DNA of 64,000 nt from Macrostomum hystrix (lineage: Eukaryota; Animalia; Platyhelminthes), in contig CATNEN010000001.1 of assembly GCA_950097015.1 (NCBI GenBank), positions 25,730,001-25,794,000 on the forward strand, given 5' to 3'. Position 1 is the first letter of the stretch; the number at the start of each line of letters is the position of its first letter. Positions 23,001-35,058 of this stretch are shown here, one piece after another. The notes below the pieces were generated by a model. It was given only the letters and a program-made list of their open reading frames with translations, was not told the origin of the DNA and did no database searches. A program made the translations under genes and the position numbers.

Positions 23001-26000
23001 TCACCATCAGCTGCAGCAGCAGCAGCAACGGCAGGATAGGCAGCTCAGGCAGGTGAGCGGCAGCAGCAGCGGAGGCGGCGGTGGCAACTGCTCAACCTCC
23101 GCTGAGCCAGGTGCAACATCAACTGGGGGCCGAGGCGACGGTGAAAACAGATTAGCGCCTTACGCCGACAACGGCGAGGACATTGTCGATGACGAGGGCA
23201 CCGGTAGCGATGGCAACGGCGAGGTGGAAGCCGCCGACGGCTGCTGTCCGAGGCGTCGAAGTCGGCCACGCGGCAGACGGCGGCGACGCCGAGACGAAGT
23301 CAGAGAGGGTCGGACTCATCTGGTGAGCTTCGAGGAGTTGAAAATCGACACTAAATCGGCTTTCTATTGTGAAATATACCTTGCCGCCACCTGCTAATTA
23401 GTTTAGATAAGGGGATGAGTTGGGTAGATAAGGCAATGAGTTGAGTAGATAAGGCGATGAGTTGAGTAGATAAGGGCGATGAGTTGGGTAGATAAGGTGA
23501 TGAGTTAGATAGCGGGTCTAGAATAGATAATGAGGTGAGAATGGTAGATAGATAAGCAGGTGAGGAGGGTAGATAGATAAGCAGGTGAGTAGTATATTTA
23601 GATAAGCAGGTGAGGAGGGTAGATAGATAAGCAGGTGAGGAGAGTAGATAGATAAGCAGGTGAGAAGGGTAGATAGATAAGCAGGTGAGAATTGGGTAGA
23701 TAGATAAGCAGGTGAGGAGAGTAGATAAGGGTTGTTAAGGCTAAACCAGCTATTTTACCTTTCCTTGCCTGCTTGCATCGCATAATAGATAGCGTTTCAG
23801 TTGTTATGCATTTATGTCATCACGCTGACCTACTTAATAAGCCATTGTTGATTAATATAGTCGCATTTAATAAAGGGAGTGTTTTGCATGACAAGTAACA
23901 TTGAGCACCAATGACTATAACTTTAATCTAATTAAATTTTAGCGTAAAAATGTATACGTCACAATCAAACCTTTACCATTTAAATAGCGTATTTATTTTC
24001 TTTATTACACTACTTTTTAAGTTATCTACGTCGTAGTAGTGCGTTTTAAATAATTTAGCGAGTTAATTTCATTTAATTTTATTTGTCGCTATTATTTCTT
24101 ATTTGTAGCTTCGTCAGTTCCGGGTAAGCATTCGACAAATTTATTTTAATTTGCCTATTCTTTTATTTCGCAACGGATTCAATTGGGTGTCCGCTTTTAG
24201 TTTCTTTAACCTTGGAAAGGGCTGGCTTTTGTTTAGTTCGACTTTTGATTCTCGCAAAATCTGCACCAATCCTACTTATAGTAGTTGACCGAACTGCTTA
24301 GCAAGCCCATAGCTCGTATCTGGTTGTAGTTAAATGTTCACTCTCTTTATTTTTAAGCTTAATGCGTTCTAAGTTACCTTTGTATTCAGTTCAGTGTGAG
24401 TAGATGTTCGATAATATTCTTTTCTGACACATTCCATTCTGACACATTCCATTCTGACACATTCCATTCTGACACATTCCATTCTGACACATTCCATTCT
24501 GACACATTCTGCTCTGACAAATTCTGTTCTGACACATTCTGTTCTGACACATTCTGTTCTGACAAATTCTGTTCTGACACATTCTGTTCTGACACATTCT
24601 GTTCTGACACATTCTGTTCTGACACATTCCATTCTGACACATTCCATTCTGACACATTCTGCTCTGACACATTCTGCTCTGACAAATTCTGTTCTGACAC
24701 ATTCTGTTCTGACACATTCTGTTCTGACAAATTCTGTTCTGACACATTCTGTTCTGACACATTCTGTTCTGACACATTCTGTTCTGACACATTCCATTCT
24801 GACACATTCCATTCTGACACATTCTGCTCTGACACATTCTGCTCTGACAAATTCTGTTCTGACACATTCTGTTCTGACACATTCTGTTCTGACAAATTCT
24901 GTTCTGACACATTCTGTTCTGACACATTCTGTTCCGACACATTCTGTTCTGACACATTACATTCTGACACATTCTGTTCTGACACATTCTGCTCTGACAC
25001 ATTCTGTTCTGACAAATTCTGTTCTGACACATTCTGTTCTGACACATTCTATTCTGACACATTCTGTTCTGACACATTCTGTTCTGACACATTCCATTCT
25101 GACACATTCCATTCTGACACATTCTGCTCTGACAAATTCTGTTCTGACACATTCTGTTCTGACACATTCTGTTCTGACAAATTCTGTTCTGACACATTCT
25201 GTTCTGACACATTCTGTTCTGACACATTCTGTTCTGACACATTCCATTCTGACACATTCCATTCTGACACATTCTGCTCTGACACATTCTGCTCTGACAA
25301 ATTCTGTTCTGACACATTCTGTTCTGACACATTCTGTTCTGACAAATTCTGTTCTGACACATTCTGTTCTGACACATTCTGTTCCGACACATTCTGTTCT
25401 GACACATTACATTCTGACACATTCTGTTCTGACACATTCTGCTCTGACACATTCTGTTCTGACAAATTCTGTTCTGACACATTCTGTTCTGACACATTCT
25501 ATTCTGACACATTCTGTTCTGACACATTCTATTCTGACACATTCCATTCTGACACATTCTGTTCTGACACATTCTGTTCTGACACATTCCATTCTGACAC
25601 ATTCCATTCTGACACATTCCATTCTGACACATTCTGTTGACACATTATTTTAGTTACAACCATTAAATTCCCCATATTTTTTAATATGATTTTTTTGTAA
25701 GCAAAGCTTCAATTAACGCAGCTGTGATAGTAAATATTACGAATTACTGTATCAGCGGTATTACTGTATCAGCGGTATTACTGTATCAGCGGTATTACTG
25801 TATCAGCGGTATTACTGTATCAGCGGTATTACTGTATCAGCGGTATTACTGTATCAGGGGTATTACTGTATCAGCGGTATTACTGTATCAGGGGTATTAC
25901 TGTATCAGCGGTATTACTGTATCAGGGGTATTACTGTATCAGCGGTATTACTGTATCAGCGGTATTACTGTATCAGGGGTATTACTGTATCAGCGGTATT

Positions 26001-26818
26001 ACTGTATCAGGGGTATTACTGTATCAGCGGTATTACTGTATCAGGGGTATTACTGTATCAGCGGTATTACTGTATCAGCGGTATTACTGTATCAGGGGTA
26101 TTACTGTATCAGCGGTATTACTGTATCAGCGGTATTACTGTATCAGCGGTATTACTGTATCAGGGGTATTACTGTATCAGCGGTATTACTGTATCAGCGG
26201 TATTACTGTATCAGGGGTATTACTGTATCAGCGGTATTACTGTATCAGCGGTATTACTGTATCAGGGGTATTACTGTATCAGGGGTATTACTGTATCAGG
26301 GGTATTACTGTATCAGGGGTATTACTGTATTACCACACGAGTCTTTTAAACACACATTTAATTATGCAGCCTTCATGACTTTGACACTGTAGCAAATTTT
26401 CTGAATCTTGAGTTAAACAGAGTTTTATTACATTTTTCTAATACTTGGCAGTCTGATTGTCCAAACACTTTGTTACCTGCTGGACTTATTTAAGTTAAAT
26501 TAGCGAATTATAACAAATGCTTAACATTTCAGCCAGCCAAAGAGGATTTAGAAGAGATTCATGATGTCAACCGTTTTAACTCCAGAAGCCAGGGTAAATT
26601 TATTCTCTACTAAAATGTTTTACTTTCTACTTTTAAGTAGAGTGGTTCGTATTAGTAACATGTGGCGCCATTGAACGTACGAGTAAAATACAAAATGTGT
26701 TTAAACGTTTTCAGGAGGCTACGGCGGCGATAGCACCACGGTTGCCATAGTAACCATGCCGTCCGGATCCGGAATCGACCTAGACCCGAATAGCAGCCGG
26801 GAGAGCAGCTCCCTGTGA
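11012..26818 (+). CDS. Shal: Voltage-gated K+ channel Shal/Kv4 (KCND family), multi-exon
   Basis: Exons read by eye: 11012-12120, 21570-21732, 21823-22077, 22969-23322, optional 24109-24123, 26533-26593, 26715-26818; all GT-AG and phase-compatible. Diagnostic motifs: N-terminal [15 protein letters not shown]1 with HX5CX20CC, S4 [15 protein letters not shown]|YGD filter split by intron 1, [26 protein letters not shown]-terminal -SSL. Confidence 0.97.
13395..13710. repeat. 32-bp minisatellite (two roughly alternating variants) in Kv4 intron 1
   Basis: atcaatcatacacttcagggtcagaagaatgt / atcaatcattcacttcaggatcaatagaatgt. Confidence 0.93.
14948..15723. repeat. 20/21-bp minisatellite (ctgatcccacatcctgcatct) in Kv4 intron 1
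   Basis: Tandem copies with a 1-bp length variant. Confidence 0.96.
16369..18612. repeat. 36-bp minisatellite (agctggaatggccctgtgctatgctccgtgtgttcc) in Kv4 intron 1
   Basis: About 62 copies; open in most frames, which explains the 750-780 aa ORFs. Confidence 0.98.
19025..20166. repeat. 35-bp minisatellite (aattggttgaactcttgctgcacagtctgtgacag) in Kv4 intron 1
   Basis: About 32 tandem copies. Confidence 0.97.
21049..21175. repeat. 21-bp minisatellite (atgatacctgagtatatcacc)
   Basis: About 6 copies. Confidence 0.9.
21290..21528 (-). mobile_element. tRNA-derived CORE-type SINE (family B)
   Basis: Minus strand: tagcctagtggttagggcg (A box), gggttcgattccc (B box), then tgtgtcctttagcaagacacttaactc...cagctgttaaatggg resembling the MIR/CORE domain. 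The 3' boundary is approximate. Confidence 0.8.
22420..22550. repeat. 14-bp minisatellite (agctctgtgtgagc) in Kv4 intron 3
   Basis: About 9 copies. Confidence 0.92.
22580..22888. repeat. 21/25-bp minisatellite (gatcctcaggt[aact]gacactctca) in Kv4 intron 3
   Basis: Tandem copies with a 4-bp indel variant. Confidence 0.92.
23405..23730. repeat. Purine-rich degenerate minisatellite (gtagatagataagcaggtgag...)
   Basis: Two related degenerate units of 22-30 bp. Confidence 0.8.
24422..25645. repeat. 15-bp minisatellite (ttctgacacattctg) with 450-bp higher-order duplication
   Basis: About 81 copies; rare variants (ttccgac, cattacatt) recur at 450-bp spacing. Confidence 0.97.
25743..26330. repeat. 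17-bp minisatellite (attactgtatcagcggt)
   Basis: About 34 copies with a c/g variant. Confidence 0.97.
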
Positions 26819-27793
26819 TTTATTTCCTTCTGGGGATTCGGGTTGTTTGTGTCCTAGAATGTGAAGTCATGAATTTGTTTTGAACTTGAATAGTTGAGAA
26901 TCCTAAGTCCTGGTCCTCACACGCCTGGCACATTGTCCTGTGAAGTATTTCATAACCATATATTATTATTATCATTATTATTATTATTACTTTTCCTGCA
27001 CCAATCCAAGTAAGCTCTAATATCACCTGCCTGTTATGAGTGAGTCTTTTCACCTGAGCATTTTCAATGATTTCTGTTTCCCCTGTTCTATACTACTTGT
27101 GGCAGTAGTGGAATTGCTAATTGTTTAATATCTAGTCATTTAAACTATTTTCGAGTTATTTTAATTATATTTTTTCCTGATCAAGTACAAACTGTTAAAT
27201 CCTCACATTTCTCATTGTCTCATTGTTTTGAATCTCAGTATTTGTAAGTGACGTCACCGAAGCTGGAAGACTCTGCTCTGAATGACGCTGTGAAAGTTTG
27301 CTTTGAAATTTAAACATTTGTCTTCATTTGAACATATTTTATTTAATTGACCAATTTCAAAGCTGTTGCTTTTTCTAAGATTCATATTCTTTTTTATTTT
27401 TTAGCATGTCTGTGTAAACTACTTGTCAGTAGTGCAATTAATGCGTTATTAATCGCTATTTTACTTTACCGTTTACTTTTTAGAGGTATTTTATTTATAT
27501 GTAGTGGTAATTTTCCACATATTTTGAGTATTTTTCATTGTTTAGATATTTTTTCATTATTTTCCAATGAGCGATCCAACATTTTGTTTGTTTTTTCGTT
27601 TTCAGCTTTGATTTAACTAATGTTCAGGTGTTTATATTTAATTTAATTTAAAAGTTAATTGAATTATTTTTATCATTAATTATGCTCAAAAGCGGCCAGT
27701 ATATCATAGTTTCATGATTTCTATTGCTTATCTAGAGTTTAACAGATAAATAATTTACGTTTGTATGTTTTCTGTTGCTTGCAAAATCAACTA

Positions 27794-28071
27794 GGGCAAC
27801 CCTCAAGGGGCAACCCTCAAGGGGCAACCCTCAAGGGGCAACCCTCAATGGGCAACCCTCAATGGGCAACCCTCAAGGGACAACCCTCAATGGGCAACCC
27901 TCAAGGAGGCGACCGTCAAGGGCAACCCTCAATGGGCAACCCTCAAGGAGGCAACCCTCAAGGGGCAACCCTCAATGGGCAACCCTCAAGGGGCAACCCT
28001 CAAGGGGCAACCCTCAATGGGCAACCCTCAAGGGGCAACCCTCAAGGAGGCGACCTGTCAAGGGCAACCCT
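27794..28071. repeat. 14-bp minisatellite (gggcaaccctcaag)
   Basis: Tandem copies. Confidence 0.93.
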
Positions 28072-28492
28072 CTTAGGTGCAGAACCCCTGCGAAAGCCGC
28101 GAAGGGCAAACTTGCAAGAGACAAACATTGAAGGTCAGCCCTTATCCTAAGGTACTAGCAGTCTTTTGTCGTGAATTCTTAGCTCTTTCACTATTCAAAT
28201 GCTAAATTCTAGTCTCAAAATTTTTTGCGAAGCATTAACTTATTTTACCCGATAGAACCGCTGTGAGCCCTGCAAGTTTTCGTCTTTAACCAGCAGGTGT
28301 GAATGCCTATCTCTCTGACAGTCTTATTTGTGAAGCATTTTCCCTTCATATATGTATCAAGTAACTCTTGAAAATTATCTGTCAAATCTTGAATTTCTTT
28401 AAATTGTGATCTGAATGACCTTTTGATGCACCTATTGCACCTTGTACAACGTTTAATTTGTTCATTTAAACAGAAAGGATTCGCTTTCACTA

Positions 28493-29652
28493 TGTGAGAC
28501 AGTAGGGAAGGGAGAGTGAGACAGTAGGGAAGGGAGAGTGTGAGACAGTAGGGAAGGGAGAGTGTGAGACAGTAGGGAAGGGAGAGTGTGAGACAGTAGG
28601 GAAGGGAGAGTGTGAGACAGTAGGGAAGGGAGAGTGTGAGACAGTAGGGAAGGGAGAGTGTGAGACAGTAGGGAAGGGAGAGTGTGAGACAGTAGGGAAG
28701 GGAGAGTGTGAGACAGTAGGGAAGGGAGAGTGTGAGACAGTAGGGAAGGGAGAGTGTGAGACAGTAGGGAAGGGAGAGTGTGAGACAGTAGAGAAGGGAG
28801 AGTGTGAGACAGTAGGGAAGGGAGAGTGTGAGACAGTAGGGAAGGGAGAGTGTGAGACAGTAGGGAAGGGAGAGTGTGAGACTGTAGGGAAGGGAGAGTG
28901 TGAGACAGTAGGGAAGGGAGAGTGTGAGACAGTAGGGAAGGGAGAGTGTGAGACAGTAGGGAAGGGAGAGTGTGAGACAGTAGGGAAGGGAGAGTGTGAG
29001 ACAGTAGGGAAGGGAGAGTGTGAGACTGTAGGGAAGGGAGAGTGTGAGACAGGAGGGAAGGGAGAGTGTGAGACTGTAGGGAAGGGAGAGTGTGAGACAG
29101 TAGGGAAGGGAGAGTGTGAGACTGTAGGGAAGGGAGAGTGTGAGACAGTAGGGAAGGGAGAGTGTGAGACAGTAGGGAAGGGAGAGTGTGAGACAGTAGG
29201 GAAGGGAGAGTGTGAGACAGTAGGGAAGGGAGAGTGTGAGGCAGTAGGGAAGGGAGAGTGTGAGACAGTAGGGAAGGGAGAGTGTGAGACAGTAGGGAAG
29301 GGAGAGTGTGAGACAGTAGGGAAGGGAGAGTGTGAGACAGTAGGGAAGGGAGAGTGTGAGGCAGTAGGGAAGGGAGAGTGTGAGACAGTAGGGAAGGGAG
29401 AGTGTGAGACAGTAGGGAAGGGAGAGTGTGAGACAGTAGGGAAGGGAGAGTGTGAGACAGTAGGGAAGGGAGAGTGTGAGACAGTAGGGAAGGGAGAGTG
29501 TGAGACAGTAGGGAAGGGAGAGTGTGAGGCAGTAGGGAAGGGAGAGTGTGAGACAGTAGGGAAGGGAGAGTGTGAGGGAAGGGAGAGTGTGAGACAGTAG
29601 GGAAGGGAGAGTGTGAAGGAAGGGAGAGTGTGAGGGAAGGGAGAGTGTGAGG
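28493..29652. repeat. 24-bp purine-rich minisatellite (gggaagggagagtgtgagacagta)
   Basis: About 48 copies. Confidence 0.97.
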
Positions 29653-30074
29653 AGCCAGTGATAAGATAGTATTTTATATTTCACCTGAGCGCACACCATA
29701 CTACTGTAAATGCTCGCAGCTGCGAAATCTACCCAATTTCTAGTCCCAATTCGTCAGTGTTGAACGCGCCTTTGCTCTGTGTTTTCCTACAGTCAATAAT
29801 TCATTAACTCAGCTTGACCTTGTGACTATGAAATTAAAATACCAAGCTGCAGTATGATCAATACTAATAAATGATTGTTACATGTTATCCTACACTCTAT
29901 GACACTTCTGTATGACCGCATTTTGACTGGACATTTTAGCAGGACATTTTGTTCTGGACTTAGTTTACATTATTTTCTACTGAAATTTTAAACATAGGCT
30001 TTGTGGAATCAGGGTAAAGAGACATTCTCACTAAATCTCTGGCGAATCTTATCTAATCTCTCCGAATCACTTGC

Positions 30075-30752
30075 CGATCTCACCCTGTCTCAATCAATCT
30101 CTAGCTAATCTCACCTAGTACCAATCAATCTCTAACCAATCTCACCTTTGTCTCAATCAATCTCTAACCAATCTCACATTTGTCTCAATCAATCTCTAAC
30201 CTATCTCACATTTGTCTCAATCAATCTCTAACCAATCTCACATTTGTCTCAATCAATCTCTAACCAATCTCACATTTGTCTCAATCAATCTCTAACCAAT
30301 CTCACATTTGTCCCAATCAATCTCTAACCAATCTCACCTTTGTCTCAATCAATCTCTAACCAATCTCACCTTTGTCTCAATCAATTTCTAGCCAATCTCA
30401 CATTTGTCTCAATCAATTTCTAGCCAATCTCACCTTTGTCTCAATCAATTTCTAGCCAATCTCACATTTGTCTCAATCAATTTCTAGCCAATCTCACCTT
30501 TGTCTCAATCAATTTCTAGCCAATCTCACATTTGTCTCAATCAATTTCTAGCCAATCTCACCTTTGTCTCAATCAATCTCTAGCCAATCTCACATTTGTC
30601 CCAATCAATCTCTAACCAATCTCACCTTTGTCTCAATCAATCTCTAACCAATCACACCTTTGTCTCAATTAATTTCTAACCAATCACACCTTTGTCTCAA
30701 TTAATTTCTAGCCAATCTCACATTTGTCTCAATTTATCTCCATCCAATCTCA
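30075..30752. repeat. 32-bp minisatellite (tcaatcaatctctaaccaatctcacatttgtc)
   Basis: About 21 copies, ending about 35 bp before the SDR start codon. Confidence 0.95.
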
Positions 30753-30786
30753 CCGCATCTCCATCCCTTGCAGTCCAGTGTGCGGC

Positions 30787-32313
30787 ATGTCTCTCCTGTG
30801 TCAGCTGTGCAGCATCCCAGTGTCGTGGGTCGCCCTGGTCCTCATCGTGTCCTACCTGGCCTACCAATTCTACGACAGGAAGCGCCGAGCCAGGCGCGCC
30901 GATGTTCCCGACGACTGGCGCGCGGTCCTCGTCACTGGCTGCGACAGCGGCTTCGGTCGACTGCTGGCCACCCGCCTGGCCGGCAAGGGCTGGCTGGTGC
31001 TGGCCGGATGTCTCAGACAGGCCGCGGTGGAGGAGCTGTCGGCCAAGTGTGACGCTAACCTTCTACCGATTCGCATTGACGTCACGGACGTTGACTCGGT
31101 GAATGCGGCCGTGTCCAAGGCTGACGCAGCGCTGAAGGAGCGCAGGATGGCCGGCCTGTGGGGCCTTGTCAACAACGCCGGCGTCAGCGGCAGCCGGGTC
31201 GGCCCGGCAGAATTTCTCAGCGCCGAAGACTATCAGCAGGTGTTCGCCGTGAATGTGTACGGCATCGCCAGCGTGACCAGGGCCTGCCTGCCGCTGATGA
31301 GGCGCCTGCCTCGAGCCAGGCTTGTCAACATGTCCAGCATCTTCGGCCGGTACGCCGTGCCCGGCACCGCCGCCTATTCCGCATCCAAGTACGCTGTTCA
31401 GGTGAGCTGCGGGTGGGCTGGGAGCAGCTGGCAGTCCTTGAGTTCACCCAGCTGCGAAATCGGTACCCCTGGGCTTTTAAACTAAATATTTTCAGGAGCG
31501 CTGTGGGCGCTGGTGCACCATCTTGGCTGTGGTGGCAATAGAGCCGCAGCTAACGAGTTATAATGTATTTGCCTCTCGCCCCGAGGTCTCTGAGTTCGAT
31601 TCCGCGGCGAGGCCACATTCATTTGGGCTTGGGGGCTTGTCGTGCAATTTACGCCCTTGTGATCCATCCTCCAAGGCACAGTGAAAGTGTACACACCTGT
31701 GTGAGCGTGTGCCTGCGTACGGTACTTGTGAGCGTGTGTGCTCAGGAGTCAGCTAAATGGGCGCAGTTGGTCTACTGTCACTACATAGTGTGCGCGTTGC
31801 ATAATAGTCTATCTGCTATCTATCTACGAGCATTATCTAGAGAGAAGTAAATTGGATAGACGGAGCTCGAGTCCTAGAACCCTTCAATACGCTGCATCGC
31901 AGGCCCTGAGCGACTGCTACCGCCGTGAGCTGAGTCAGTTCGGCATCCAGGTGGCCTGCGTGGAGCCGGGCTTCCACCGGACCCCCATCACAGACAAGGC
32001 CGCCCTGACCCGCGCCATCAACCAAGGCTTCCAGGAGGCGCCACAGCAGTTGCGCGACGCCTACGGCGAGTCCTTCCGACAGGAGAGCGTCGAAAGACTG
32101 GACGACTTGCTGCGGTTCTGCTCGGACAGACTGGACAAAGTTGTTGACGCCTACGAGGAAGCCCTGACCTCCCAGCACCCGCGCTGTCGCTACATGGTGG
32201 GCTGGGACGCCAGGCTGCTGTACTGGCCGCTGTCTGTGCTGCCCGAGTGCGTTGGCGACTTTCTGGTGGCCCTGCGGCTGCCCAAGGCCGCCGGGGCTAG
32301 GAAGGCCAAGTAG
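30787..32313 (+). CDS. Short-chain dehydrogenase/reductase, RDH/HSD17B6/BDH1-like (SDR9C type), two exons
   Basis: Exons 30787-31401 and 31903-32313 (CAG|gtgagc ... gcag|GCC). N-terminal hydrophobic anchor, TGCDSGFG, GLWGLVNNAG, NMSS, YSASK, VEPG, RYMVGWDA. Confidence 0.93.
31525..31761 (+). mobile_element. tRNA-derived SINE, family A, copy 3 (in SDR intron)
   Basis: B box gagttcgattcc; homologous body with internal deletions. Confidence 0.78.
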
Positions 32314-32322
32314 GGCCTCCCT

Positions 32323-34088
32323 GAAGGGCGAGAATAGGAATTCTGGGAAGGGCGAGAATAGGAATTCTGGGAAGGGCGAGAATAGGAATTCTGGGAAGGG
32401 CGAGAATAAGAAGGCTGGGAAGGGCGAGAATAAGAAGGTTGGGAAGGGCGAGAATAAGAAGGTTGGGAAAGGCGAGAATAAGAAGGTTGGGAAGGGCGAG
32501 AATAGGAATTCTGGGAAGGGCGAGAATAGGAATTCTGGGAAGGGCGAGAATAGGAATTCTGGGAAGGGCGAGAATAAGAAGGTTGGGAAGGGCGAGAATA
32601 AGAAGGTTGGGAAAGGCGAGAATAAGAAGGTTGGGAAGGGCGAGAATAGGAATTCTGGGAAGGGCGAGAATAGGAATTCTGGGAAGGGCGAGAATAAGAA
32701 GGTTGGGAAAGGCGAGAATAAGAAGGTTGGGAAGGGCGAGAATAAGAAGGCTGGAAAGGGCGAGAATAAGAAGGTTGGGAAGGGCGAGAATAAGAAGGCT
32801 GGGAAGGGCGAGAATAAGAAGGATGGGAAGGGCGAGAATAGGAATTCTGGGAAGGGCGAGAATAGGAATTCTGGGAAGGGCGAGAATAGGAATTCTGGGA
32901 AGGGCGAGAATAGGAATTCTGGGAAGGGCGAGAATAAGAAGGCTGGGAAGGGCGAGAATAAGAAGGTTGGGAAGGGCGAGAATAAGAAGGTTGGGAAAGG
33001 CGAGAATAAGAAGGTTGGGAAGGGCGAGAATAAGAAGGTTGGGAAAGGCGAGAATAAGAAGGTTGGGAAGGGCGAGAATAGGAATTCTGGGAAGGGCGAG
33101 AATAAGAAGGTTGGGAAAGGCGAGAATAAGAAGGTTGGGAAGGGCGAGAATAGGAATTCTGGGAAGGGCGAGAATAGGAATTCTGGGAAGGGCGAGAATA
33201 GGAATTCTGGGAAGGGCGAGAATAGGAATTCTGGGAAGGGCGAGAATAAGAAGGCTGGGAAGGGCGAGAATAAGAAGGTTGGGAAGGGCGAGAATAAGAA
33301 GGTTGGGAAAGGCGAGAATAAGAAGGTTGGGAAGGGCGAGAATAAGAAGGCTGGGAAGGGCGAGAATAAGAAGGTTGGGAAGGGCGAGAATAAGAAGGTT
33401 GGGAAGGGCGAGAATAAGAAGGTTGGGAAGGGCGAGAATAAGAAGGATGGGAAGGGCGAGAATAGGAAGGCTGGGAAGGGCGAGAATAGGAAGGATGAGA
33501 AGGGCGAGAATAAGAAGGTTGGGAAAGGCGGGAATAAGAAGGTTGGGAATGGCGAGAATAATAAGGTTGGGAAGGGCGAGAATAAGAAGGTTGGGAAGGG
33601 CGAGAATAAGGAGGCTGGGAAGGGCGAGAATAGGAAGGCTGGGAAAGGCGAGAATAGGGAGGTTGTGGAGGGCGAAAATAAGAAGATTGGGAAAGGCGGG
33701 AATAGGAAGGCTGGGAAGGGCGAGAATAGGAAGGCTGGGAAGGGCGAGAATAGGAAGGATGAGAAGGGCGAGAATAAAAAGGTTGGGAAAGGCGGGAATA
33801 AGAAGGTTGGGAATGGCGAGAATAAGAAGGTTGGGAAGGGCGAGAATAAGAAGGTTGGGAAGGGCGAGAATAAGGAGGCTGGGAAGGGCGAGAATAGGAA
33901 GGCTGGGAAGGGCGAGAATAGGGAGGTTGTGGATGGCGAAAATAAGAAGATTGGGAAAGGCGGGAATAGGAAGGCTGGGAAGGGCGAGAATAAGAAGGCT
34001 GGGAAGGGTGAGAATAAGAAGGTTGGGAAGGGCGAGAGTAAGAAGGTTGGGAAGGGCGAGAATAAGGAGGTTCGGAAAGGCGAGAATC
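32323..34088. repeat. 24-bp purine-rich minisatellite (gggaagggcgagaataagaaggtt / ...ggaattct)
   Basis: About 73 copies starting about 10 bp after the SDR stop; the 3' part is degenerate with a 264-bp duplication. Confidence 0.97.
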
Positions 34089-34426
34089 TATATAAACAAA
34101 AATGACGATAATAGTATTTTAATCAACTCTTCAATCAACAACACTGAAGTGCTTCGTGATAATTACAAACCTATTTGTCAGTAATCTACTAGTAGTCTTG
34201 ACAATCGGGCTAAAGTTAATTTTAAACAAAATTATATTAAGATTTTATTGCTATTTTTTATATTGATTTGCTTTTCTACACGTGCAGTTTTCTGCTGGTG
34301 GTGCTAGTGACAACAAAGTCTGGGTTCCTTACATAAAATGTTTTTAATAAAAAATTCCGCTTAGTATACTGATCTTGCTTCACACAACTAACTAGGCCAA
34401 GTTGAACAGTTGTATTTTGTTATTTA

Positions 34427-34487
34427 AGTGGCCTAGTGGTTATAGCATCGTACTCATGCCATGAAGGTCGGGGGTTCGATTCCCTAC
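34427..34487 (+). mobile_element. tRNA-like head fragment of SINE family B
   Basis: gtggcctagtggttatagc...gaaggtcgggggttcgattccc matches the head of 21290-21528; no acceptor stem. Confidence 0.65.
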
Positions 34488-35058
34488 TTTTCTGTAACTT
34501 TATTTGTCCGACATAAGTGTCAACGTGGAAACGCCAAACGAGTAAAGAGCGATTACGAACAGCCTCCTTAACAATTGACATCGTCACAAAACTTAGCTAC
34601 TTTGCGCTGAATACAAAAAAATTGGAATTTTGAAGCACTTAAAGTATTGTACAAGCGCATCAGAAAATGCCAATTTAAGTACCTAATGCGTAAAACTACA
34701 CAACACATCATAGCAACATACCTGAATGCTTATAACGCTTTACCGCTTAATCAGGCTCATTAGCCTCACGGACGGAAATAATTTCAATTTTTTAACAAGC
34801 ACTTTTACGAGCTATAACCAATTGAGACTGCAAGTGACAATGCCAGAAGAATGCCTACAATGTTTCCATCACTGCAACCTGCTAGGAGGAGAATTTGTCA
34901 TAAATTATGCAATAAGTCTTGAGTACTACAAAGCACCCAAGGCGACGCCGAAAGCCAGCTGCTGTGGTGTCCCGCGACTGGATCTCTATTAATACGGACG
35001 AAAGATGGGGAAATTCTGCATGCTAGACAAAGCATTCGGCTTTATTTACTCTCTGTAG

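Noticed and set aside
34427-34487. Possible tRNA gene
   Set aside because: A and B boxes are present but there is no acceptor stem or terminator; it matches the head of SINE family B.
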